Position numbers and translations under genes: made by a program. 64,000 nt of DNA from assembly GCF_009914755.1 (NCBI RefSeq), contig NC_060940.1, one strand, 5' to 3'. Below the pieces are notes generated by a model. It saw only the letters and a program-made list of their open reading frames with translations. It did not search any database and was not told the DNA's origin. Shown here piece after piece: positions 43,583 through 56,002 of the stretch. Every line of letters starts with the position of its first letter. Position 1 is the stretch's first letter. Source of the DNA: the human T2T-CHM13v2.0 reference genome, Homo sapiens.

Positions 43583-46500
43583 AATGTGTGTGTGTGTGTT
43601 CATTTTAACTGATAACCAAATTGACTACTATTCTTACCAGCAGGGGCACTATCATGTTCCCAATGTAGAAGTAAATATAACACACGTGTGTTCTGGATGA
43701 CTTTACCAAATCAACATCATTTTAACAGGAGGCAGAGGCCTTGTCAATCTAGGAAGGTTGAGGCTGTAGTCATAATACCATTTGCAAGCGAGGCAAGGCA
43801 GAGTTTTAAACAATGCACCGTGACTGTTTCTTTGGAGACAAATAAACTCAATGTTCAGCTCTAAATGAAACATGTGGCAGAAGCACAAGCCATCTATATA
43901 TGTTACTAATGGAAGGAAGGGCTGTTCACCTCTCAGACAATCTCCTTTCTAAATACATCCCCAGTTTCTCAAAATACGACCTTTTAAACCAACTTCTCTT
44001 GGTATCACCCAACTCCTCTCAATATCACCGTTCCACATGGGGACCAGACATATACCCCGATGTTACCTCCACTGAGCTCTTTGCTTCCCTGCCACCTTGC
44101 CTCATCTCCCTACAGTTCCACCAGAATCACAGAGAGTGGCCAATGTCTCCAAGACCAACTCTGAAAGTCCCAACAACAATCAGGAGTATCGAATCCCCTC
44201 CTCCATTTTTGAACCAATGGACCCTTTCATTCTTCTTCTCTCAAACCCCTCTTAAGTCTCTATTCTTTATTTCTCTGGAAATGTCTTTTCTCATCTTCCT
44301 CTTGCCCTTTCCTGATTCCTTTTCTCTTCTTACTCTTAAGTGAGGTCACATTTTGGTCCACATCCCCAAAACGCAGTTTCATCCCAAAGGAGAGAAGAAT
44401 GTTTCCACCCATACTCCCTGGACTTCTCAAAACTTTCTTTCTAATGCCCCCTTCAAGGGAAGAACAGTTGCTGGTCTAGTTGGTCACAACCTGCCATTCA
44501 CTGGGTCAAGATTCACTAGCAGGCAGGGTCACTGCCTATCAAGGGGGTTCCCTTCCATGACCCTACACTCTTCCGGCTTCTCTCTGCCTACGTTCGGATG
44601 AATGAGTCACATGACAGCCTGAGCCACACACCTATCGACTGAGACTTAGAAGTAAGAGCCAAAGCCTACCCGGAACCTCCCAGTCTCACACCACCTTTTC
44701 CAATTCAGCTTTTCCCAGATTTCTCCATTGGGTTGTGCCAAACCCTCATGGATCCAGAAATTTCACTTTCAGTATGGTTACTGTTTCCAGTCTATCACTC
44801 CTTTAGAAAAACTCAAGAAGGAAGAAGGGATCCGTGGTAATATTTAAATCCCAAAATCATACTCCAAGGCGTGGCTGGAAACTGGCTGTTCTTCTCCCTC
44901 AATGCCTTCTTTAGAAGATTGGCCCCTCCCATACAAAAGCCCTCTAGGCTGTGATTCATCATAGCTCTCCATGCTCAGCCCCTCCCACAAAATGAAACTG
45001 ATCCCTTGTCCCTCCTGAAGATGGATGACATCATTAAAGTATGGGCTTGATTTAGTGGAATGGAAGATCACACCTTGGGATCAGAAATTCAGCTACCTAG
45101 CTACATCAGCCACTATGTGGTCTTGGCAAATTCCCTTAACTCCCCTATGGCTCAGTCACTTCATCTGAAAGTTACAGCATGCTCCAAGAAACCCTAAGAT
45201 GCTCTCCAGTTCTGAAATTGTCAGTGGTGGCAGAGCATGGCTAGTCCCTACTCTCTTCTTCCCAGACAGGAGCCCCCCAAAACTGAGAAGTGACTGGGAA
45301 AATGCTCAGCTACACACAGGAATTCTGCTAGCCTGCAAATCATTTAAAATGAATGTTTAATAAGACACTGCATCAATTGTGTGCTACAGCTGAATGTGCT
45401 GCAGCCCAGGAGACCTGAAAGAATTAATACGGTTACCAAAGGAGCTGGTAGGAATCGCTGAAACAGAAGCAAAAGCTGATGTGATGAATATAAAAGTGCT
45501 TTGAGAGCATCAAAAGGAAAGCGCTACAGTGAATGTCTGCTCACTCCACTAGAATATCTCCTGCCATCTAAGGAACACTCTCCAAGAAGGTCTCAGGGCT
45601 AGAGGCTATGGCACACAAGTACACTTACTCTTTCCTCGCCTTCTGAACTCCCAATCTTTTCTCAGGACTTAGAGGACAGTACACACACAACTCCAATCTT
45701 TCCCTTTTTTCTCATTCCTCACTTTACTTCTTCATTCCAGCCTTCTTCCTTCCCTCCACTTCTGTGTAATTCCCAAACCAGGCTGTCATAACATCGCCTT
45801 CAAATCTTCAAATCTCTCTCCCTTCTTCTCCAAACCAAAGCTCCCAGGCTGTCCACAAAAAAGACCCTCCCTCTCATTCAGAGCCAACTGATTTTTGTAC
45901 ACTCTTTCTTGCATTTTGAGACTCTCCAACTTTAGTACCAAGACCCATCTTTGTTCAGGAGCCAACTCCTTCATCTGAGGGCCTTGGAGCCCCAGACAAA
46001 GAACACGTAAGGAAAATGCCAGGCCCTCCATGCTCTGGGTTTGGAGTTAATTCTTTCCACTCCCACCCACTCCCCTTGAGGAACGGGTCTCTCCTCCGCT
46101 CCTCTGGCCCAGGGCTTCTCAAACTCCCCACCTCTGTTCCTCTAACTGCAGAGTCAGAGGAAGCATGACATTTTTTCTGCCCTTTTGTGCTTTACCTAAA
46201 AACTTTGCATTTTCTTCCAGAACCTACCCACATTTAATAATTTTTAGAAATAGTTTTAGTCACTTACCATAAGAGGAAAAAATGGACATTTTCCCACAAA
46301 ACAATCAGGTAAAACTGGCATTGTGAAAATAGGAAGCATATGTCTCCAGTGCTCCTGGGCCCACCTCTGTGCCCCATGGTACTCGTAAATCTCCAAACAT
46401 GCCACCACCGCCACCACCACCACCCCACAGCCTACTTCTCAGTTTTCTGAGCGCTTCCTGGCACACACACACCAAAGTGCTCCTGTGTACACCATTTTCA

Positions 46501-46622
46501 GAAACAAGGCAAAAGGCATTTCCATTCATTTCTGGGTTGGAGAGGCAAGACCTGGTTCTCACCAGGGCCAGTGGCCACGACCCTCCCACCCCCACCCCCA
46601 CTTCACATCAAGACAGATTCTA

Positions 46623-47312
<690 letters not shown>

Positions 47313-47573
47313 CTAACTCTATCCACAACTCCAATTCGAGCTAATTCTCCATCCCCCAGCCCCTTCTCGCATCCAGCTTCCTCATCCCCTGTCTCCAGGC
47401 ACTTCCCCATCCCCATCTCTGTCCATATCCCCCACCGCATTCCCCAAGTTCGCCGCGGGCCACAGACCCTAAGCGCCGCGCGTGTTCTGTACCCCACCAA
47501 GCTCCTAGGTGCACAGAATAAACCCTCCATCCAACCCCTCCCACCTGGGATAGAGAGGACCAAGTTATCAACC

Positions 47574-47588
47574 CCGCCCCCTGCTGGC
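47574..47588 (-). promoter_or_regulatory. CTCF motif
   Basis: Minus strand GCCAGCAGGGGGCGG matches the CTCF core CCASYAGRKGGCRS. Confidence 0.6.
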
Positions 47589-47907
47589 GCGGAGCGAACT
47601 ACAGACCCCGCAGGGCGTGCGGAGGCGGCACCCAGACCCCGCGTCCCAGCTTGAGAGCTCAGCTAGTTGGCTGACCCCGCCCCCTACGAGCCCGTCGTGT
47701 GCACCACACACTTTGCTCTACGCCCAGCCCCAACTACAGACCCGGCTCCTCTCAGTCAGAGTACACCCCAAGTGCTTGGGAGTGAGGACGCTGCCTGGTG
47801 GGCCCAGGCTCCGCTGTGCCTGGGGAACTTGGGGCTCGCCCCACCTCGAGCCAAGGGGCCGTGGAGAGTCCTTCACTCAACTGCAAGTGGGCCCAGGACC
47901 CACCCCT

Positions 47908-47995
47908 ACACGCGCGCGTGCACACACACGTGCACACACACACGCACACACACATGTTCACACACACACACCCTCTCTCACGCGCGCCGTGTGCA
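47908..47995. repeat. Imperfect (CA)/(CG) alternating purine-pyrimidine tract
   Basis: acacgcgcgcgtgcacacacacgtgcacacacacgcacacacacatg...cacacacac. Confidence 0.85.
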
Positions 47996-48457
47996 ATGCT
48001 GAATTCTGGAGAGTAGGCGCGTCCCCCCGCGGGCCAGCGCGTAGGAGCTGGCAAAGAACGTGCGTAGGGGGAAAGGTAGGCTCCCAAGAAGCTCCCAGAC
48101 GGACGTGGACTGTACAGCCCCTCCCTAGCCTTTCTACTGCGGGCGCTGTTGCCAAGTCCTAGGTGCACGTGGGCAGTGGGCCGCACACGCTCATAGGCAC
48201 GCGCGCTTTTCTGCGCACTTCCTCAGACTGCTGTAGCGGTGCCCACGGCCAGCCGGAGTCCTCACATGTCCTCAGGTGGTGCACACGCATGAACTGCGGC
48301 AGGTGCACAGCCCTGCGTACCTGCAAATACCAGCACGGTCGTGCACGCGTGCCCTGACGCGCGCCTCTCGGGACGGACGCTGCTGGAGCCGGGGGAAGTT
48401 GAGGCGAACTCCAAGAGGCCTCGACGTTCCTGGGTAAGCGCCGCGGAGCGCGGAGCC

Positions 48458-48475
48458 GCAGCGCCCCCTGGTGCC
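48458..48475 (-). promoter_or_regulatory. CTCF motif
   Basis: Minus strand GGCACCAGGGGGCGCTGC, one mismatch to the core consensus. Confidence 0.55.
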
Positions 48476-48609
48476 CCTCCTGCACTTCGCCGCTGGGCTC
48501 CCTCCCGCTTTCCCTCTCCCTCTCTAGCCTGATCCCTCTCCCGCTCTCCCTCCGGTCGAGTCTCCCTCCTCCCTGGCCCAAGGAGCCCTGATCTCCCTCT
48601 GGGACGTAC

Positions 48610-48800
48610 CTGTAGCCCGAGAAGGTCGAGGATGCAGTGGGGCGCGCTGCGCGCACGAGCATCTCGGCCGCCTCAGCAGCCACCGGGTTTAGCGGGTTCC
48701 CGCATGCTGCGGCCCCAGCGCGCTCCCCTGGCTGTCCCGCGCTGTCCGCATCGCCCCCACGGGGGGCGGCTATCCCAGCCGGAGGCTCTGCAGCAGGGCT
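48610..48800 (-). other. GRIN2A: GRIN2A non-coding 5'UTR exon (191 nt when used as an internal exon)
   Basis: Minus strand shows a branch-like gctgac, a pyrimidine tract cctgcctctccttctctcctccgccccgttag|A at 48800, and donor CTACAG|gtacgt at 48610/48609. Consistent with the known non-coding 5' exons of GRIN2A. Confidence 0.8.
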
Positions 48801-49385
48801 CTAACGGGGCGGAGGAGAGAAGGAGAGGCAGGGTCAGCCCACCAACGAGGGGAGGGAGGGTTGAGGGGAAGGCTGCAGTCTGCAGTGCTCACAAGCCCCC
48901 CTATGCGCCCAGGGGGGCTAGACAAGAGGGGGGAAGCTGAAGCCCGATGCCCACGACGCCCCCAGTGCGGATCCTCAGCCCCTGTGGCTGATAGCGGGAG
49001 CTCCACTCCAGGGTGCACAGGAGAATGGGAGCCCCAGGTTGGCCACCCACGAGAAGCTAACTGGGCACCTCCACCCGCACCCCCTACCACCTCCCCAGCG
49101 CCGGCTGCTGGGAGTTGTGCGACCGGGAGCTGCTGAGCGAGGGAGGTAGGGAGAGAAAGAGGAGGTAACGAGGGTGGGGGGGCGCTGGCTGAGTTTGTGA
49201 CGAGCCAGCAGTAGGAGAGGGGGAGGGAAGGACGCGGGCTCCCGCGGTCCCGGTTCCCCGAGGGAGGTGGATCTTTCCCACGCAGCGACCCTCTTGTGAT
49301 CCTGCCGCTTCCTCCCTCTTCAGGCCTCCCACCTCCCCCTTCCCAAGGGGGCCTCCCAGGCCCGGCGTCCCGCGCTAGCACTCAC

Positions 49386-49600
49386 CGCAGCCTCTCTCCA
49401 CATAGTTCTCAGCAGTGGCCGCTCCTGGTCATCTCCAGGGCTGATGGCTGCGGCCGCGATTCTCAGCGCTCACCCGGTCCCATGATCCGGCCAAGCCCTA
49501 GGAGCTCCCCTCCAAGATCCCTAGCTCCGCTTCCTGCCCCACTCCGGACGGCAACTGCCCGGTCCTCTGAGCGCGCCGGAGCACCCTCTCCGCAACCCAG
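49386..49600 (-). other. GRIN2A: GRIN2A upstream non-coding first exon (5' boundary uncertain)
   Basis: Consensus donor GCG|gtgagt at 49386/49385 inside the CpG island. The TSS cannot be fixed from sequence alone. Confidence 0.6.
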
Positions 49601-50145
49601 CTCCGGGCTGGTGTGTTTGAGGGCGAGTGTGTGTGTGAGTGTGGGAGCGCGCTCGCGTGTGGCCGGGGATCCCCGCGGTCCCCGGCCGAGAGAGGCGCGG
49701 GCGGGGAAAGGCAGCTCCCTCCGGGCCCTTCGCTGCTGGGCCAGCTCCGCGCCGGGCGTTCGGCTCCCCACTTCCCAGCGGGAGTCCGGTGAGCGCCTGG
49801 ACACCCTGGTTCACAGCACTGGCAAAGCCGGGTTCCCGGGGCGTCTTTCTGCTGCGGTCGCCTCCGAGGAAGAGGAGAAGGAAGGTAGCGGCGCCCTCCA
49901 CACCAACTTAGGGACTTGTTCTCAGCCGGCGAGACGCAGTAGCCCCCGCTCAAGCCCAAGAGGCTTCGAGCTCCGGCGGGCGAAAGCGTCTCCTGCCCGC
50001 AGCCTCTCTCCTAGGTGGGTCGAGACAGACCCCGCAGTCCCTCGGCGGCGACGCGGAGCGCGGCCACCCGTTCCGAGAGCGCACGGCGGCAAATAAGGCC
50101 AGGATAGGTGGCTGGCTGGCGACGGGGGCGCCTGCGGCGGCGCGC

Positions 50146-50166
50146 GCTGCTGTCCGTGGTGTTGGA
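50146..50166 (-). promoter_or_regulatory. RE1/NRSE (REST binding site)
   Basis: Minus strand TCCAACACCACGGACAGCAGC versus consensus TTCAGCACCACGGACAGCGCC (17/21, core CACCACGGACAGC intact), upstream of a neuron-specific gene. Confidence 0.8.
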
Positions 50167-50298
50167 ACCACGCTCTCCGCCCGCTCCCGGGCGTCTGGTG
50201 CGGCTGAAGAATCAATTATTCAGATCTCTGCTACCGCTTCCTCCTCCCCCAGTGCCTCGCGCTGGGTACAGTTATCCCCCTCCACGCACAGGCGCGCC

Positions 50299-50299
<1 letters not shown>

Positions 50300-50354
<55 letters not shown>
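50300..50354. repeat. Promoter (CA)27/(GT)27 microsatellite, the known polymorphic GRIN2A 5' (GT)n repeat
   Basis: Perfect CA run at 50301-50354 on the upstream edge of the CpG island. Confidence 0.95.
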
Positions 50355-50358
<4 letters not shown>

Positions 50359-50762
50359 CTGCTCCAATGCTTCTCCCTGTGCCTCGCCACCCCCGTACGG
50401 GAACCCACTCCTCTGATCTCAGGGAGCCAGAATCCTAAAAGCAAAGACATCTGCATTTCCCACATGCTTCCTTCTAAGTTCTACCAAACAGAAGCCTCCC
50501 TGAGGCTGCCACTTCTAAGCTACCAGAAGAGGTGAGCCAGAGAACATGGGACGGCCCGGGTGTGTGAGGGCTTGGTTGACTTGAATTCTAGCGACTGGGC
50601 ATGAAATACATGGTCAAGGGAGGAGCTCTGCCCCTTTTATATTCACCTGTATCTCCAACGCCTGTCTGCCTTTCAGGCCTTGGAAGGAAAGGGGTCTTAA
50701 ATTCTAAGAGGTTTTGCAATGACTGTTCCAACCCTGCCTCCTCCACTTAACCTAATGTCACC

Positions 50763-51108
50763 TGCTGCGGTCTAAATGTGTGTGTTCCCACCCCCAAATT
50801 CATAGGATAAAATCCTAACTCCCAAGGTGATGGTATTAGGAGGTGGGGCCTTTAGGAGGTGACTTCATGGCTTCATGAGAGTAAAATGGGATTTGTGCTC
50901 TTATAAAAGAGATGCCAGAGAGTCAGCTAGGTCCTTCCACCAAGTGAGACTTAATCAAGAAGGCATCGGCCTATGAACAGGAACTAGGCCCTCCCCAAAT
51001 ACTGAGTCTGCTGCTGCTTCATCTTGGACCTCCCAGCCTCAAGAAGGGAGAGAAATAAACTTCTGCTGTTGATGATGTTTTGCTATGGCACCTGGATCAA
51101 ACTAAAAC
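50763..51108 (+). mobile_element. MLT1A/MST-type solo LTR just upstream of the promoter
   Basis: cccaaattcata...cccaaggtgatggtattaggaggtggggcctttagg...gagaaataaacttctgctgtt. Confidence 0.8.
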
Positions 51109-51699
51109 ATCACTTTTGGACATTATATTACTTCCCTTTATTGATCACTAATCTGGAAATGGGGGGCAGTAAAAACATCTACTTCTCAGGATTATTTTGA
51201 AAAGAAAAGGAAGTAGCCTTAATAAAGGGGTCAACAAGGTCTGGCACATAGTAGATGCTCAATCAACATCATGCACCTTGAAGTAGCCTGGAAGCAGGGG
51301 AACTTCTTCCAGGAATGTGGATGTGGCTGCTGAAATGGAGACAGGAGAAGGGCACAGTGTGTGGAGACAAATGGATTCATTATTGAGCTGGTTGTTCTAT
51401 GCTGGGTTTCCTGGGTTTTTGTTTTTGTTTTTTTTTAATCCAAAAGACAGAGAAAGCGTGAGGGAAATGCTGGAAAGTAAATTAAAATGGGGGATTGTAT
51501 AATATAAGGCAGGGAACAGGAAAATGTTTCCTTTCTTGAGTCTATGGCTGGGCTGAACTGATTAGGCCACTCCTTGGCACCCATGCAAGACTCTGGCTTG
51601 GGGTCTAAAGGGGAAGTTAGGCCATTTTATTTAAATGAGTTATAAATTATAGACAATAAAATGCATATCTCTCAAGGGTTTCATTTGTGAAGGTTTTTT

Positions 51700-52032
51700 G
51701 GTGTTTTTTTATTTTTTTGTTGGTTTGTTTTGTTTTGTTTTGTTTTTTTGACAGGGTCTCACTCTTGCCCAGGCTGGAGTGCAGTGGTGTGGTCGTAGCT
51801 CACTATTAACTTGAACTCCTAGGCTCAAGTGATCCTTCTGCCTCAGCTTCCCAAGTAGTTAGGACTTGTGGTGGTTAGCACATGCCACCACATCTGGCAA
51901 ATTTTTTATTTTTTGTAGCCATTGGGTGTTGCTATGTTGTCCATGCTGGTCTCAAACTCTTGTCTTTACGAAATCCTCTGGCCTTGGCCTCCCAAAGGCT
52001 GAAATTACAGGTGTGAGCCACTGCACCCAGCC
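51700..52032 (-). mobile_element. Alu (AluJ-type)
   Basis: Reverse dimeric Alu with (TTTTG)n tail. Confidence 0.9.
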
Positions 52033-52443
52033 AGTTTGTTACTTTTGAAATTGTGTGTATCCACATAGACCGTCACGTAAAATGAGGTACAGAGTATTTT
52101 CATCACCACCAGGAAGTTTTCTTGTGTCCCTTTGTTGTCAATCCCACTCCCCCCATTCAGTGTAAACTACAATTTTGATTTCTAATACCATGTATTAGTT
52201 TTGCCCTTTTTTGAACTTCATATAAGTGGAATTTTACACTATGTATTCTTTGGTGACTGGCTTTTTTCACTTACCCTGATGTCTAGAAGATTCCTCTGTG
52301 TTGTTGCATGTATCAACAGCTTTTTTATTTTTTATTGTTGAGCAGCTAGCTCTCTATTGCATGGATAAGCCACACTTTGTGTATCCAGTCTCCTGCAATG
52401 GATATGTGGGTTTTATCTATGGGACTTTTTAAAATACAGATGT

Positions 52444-52672
52444 GGCTGGGTGCAGTGGCTCACGCCTGTACTCCCAGAACTTTGGGAGGCTAAGGCAGGA
52501 GGATCACTTGAGCCCAGGAGTTTGAAACCAGCCTGGGCAACATGATGAGAGCCCAGGAATTTGAAACCAGCCTGGGCAACATGATGACAACCCAAGTGTT
52601 CACACTGCTGCACTCCAGCCTGAGTGACAGAGTGAGACTTTGTCCCAAAAAAAATAAATAAAGAAAATAAAA
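52444..52672 (+). mobile_element. Rearranged Alu (39-bp internal duplication plus central deletion)
   Basis: Left-arm segment repeated at 52510-52548 and 52549-52587, then a jump to the right-arm end. Confidence 0.9.
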
Positions 52673-53213
52673 CACAGATGCCTATGCCCACTCTAGATCT
52701 ACTCCATCAGGATCTCCAGGTGTGGGGCCAAGCACAGACAGTTATTTTAGATCCATAGGGGATTCTGATGATGCCTCTGCACTTGCTATTCTCATAAATT
52801 GATGCTGACCCTGAAATTGGATTTATCTTTCTTGAAAAATACTGGTATTCAGGGTTTTAAGTTATTCATGATCAGACTTATAGAAAGATAAATCAAACTG
52901 ATATGGCCTCTTTTGAATAGAGAAAGAAGGCAGCCCTTCATTGGAAGGGACACTGTGCCTCTAAACATAGGCACAGGAGGCTGGAGTTGCACTGGGGTGG
53001 ACATGTCACCAGGGTGGAGCACATCGTGTGTCAGGCACCTGGAACTTCACCATACATGCAGAGACTGTGACAGCGTGTATAAGATCATGACAGCCTTACT
53101 CCATCTATGCTGCCAAGCTTAATTCTCAATGCAGCTTAGGATGCTGAGCAGAATTTTGCTGCTCAAAGAGTTTCAGATGATAAGAAAAACTTCTTCATAG
53201 CAGCTATATCAAC

Positions 53214-53981
<768 letters not shown>

Positions 53982-54522
53982 ACCGACAAAGACTTCTCTA
54001 AGTGAAAGAACAAGGAGCAGCTCTTCCACATACCTGGGCCGGCCACACCGCTGCACCCCAAGAGGAAGCACATTGGGTGCCCCTTCTCACACTCACCATA
54101 GGAGGGCAGCTTCCATGTCCAGAGGAGGCCAGGCCTCTCCTGTAGGAAATGTCTTTCTTGTAGGCTCACTCACCGTTGCACAGGGAAGCTGGCTCCAACT
54201 TAAGCTCTGTCACTCAGCTGTGACTGGTCAGAGCAGTCCCTCAAGACAGTGCTTTGATGGCCCTGAAGTCAGACCATGTCAGGCCAACTTCCCAAGGCCA
54301 GGAGTGCCCAAAAGTCTCATCATTCACTCCACAGATACTCTGTCAGAGTCTGTGCCTATGGGAAAAGCGTCTCAGGGAAATGTCTGGATGCTAAGGAGAG
54401 AGGTCATGTTTCCTGGTACCTGGGATCATTGAGGCATGCCATCTTGAAACTGTGGAGGCCCTTGGCGATGATCAAACCAACCCCCAATGCTGCTTTTTTT
54501 TTTTTTTCCTAATGAGGACTAT

Positions 54523-54857
<335 letters not shown>

Positions 54858-55366
54858 TCACATAGCTACTAAGGGTCACACATGGTCTCTTTTTCATACA
54901 TTCCGGTCACAAGCACAGCCCTTTTCCTATTCATGAACACAGACTCCTCCACTGGATGTGACTTCCAGTAGAGGTTGCCAGGTAGAAAGTCACAGCAAAT
55001 TATTCTTCAAGAGGTGGTTGTCCTTGGGTGCCCCTGGTATATGCAGCATAGCTGGGCAGGTAAAAAGATATTTGGGTGCCCTGTGCTCTTTGGGAGGGGA
55101 ATTGGGATTGGGGTGAAGAGGGGAAGGAAAGATGACTCATTTACTGAGTTCTCCATCAGAAAAATGACTCAGGACATTAGCAATCTTACTGAGAGCATTT
55201 AGTGGTAGTAAAACAGGCCTGGTCTACCAGTCAAGAGCTGACTCTGCCCAACAACTAGTAATTAGCAGAGGTAGGATTTGAACCCATTTGTGTCTGGCTC
55301 CAGAACCTGCAGTCTGAACCAATTTGATGTTATCTGCCGAAGTCACTAACCTGCTGGGTCTCTTTA

Positions 55367-56002
<636 letters not shown>

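Noticed and set aside
48731-48749. Two RE1 right-half-like GGACAGC motifs in the 5'UTR exon
   Set aside because: No left half-site nearby, and short GC-rich matches are expected in a CpG island.
49296-50096. 266-aa plus-strand ORF and the other 100-200 aa ORFs across 47.2-50.4 kb
   Set aside because: Stop-codon scarcity in a GC-rich CpG island explains them. They are low-complexity Pro/Arg/Ala/Ser products with no recognisable domain, and several use non-ATG starts.
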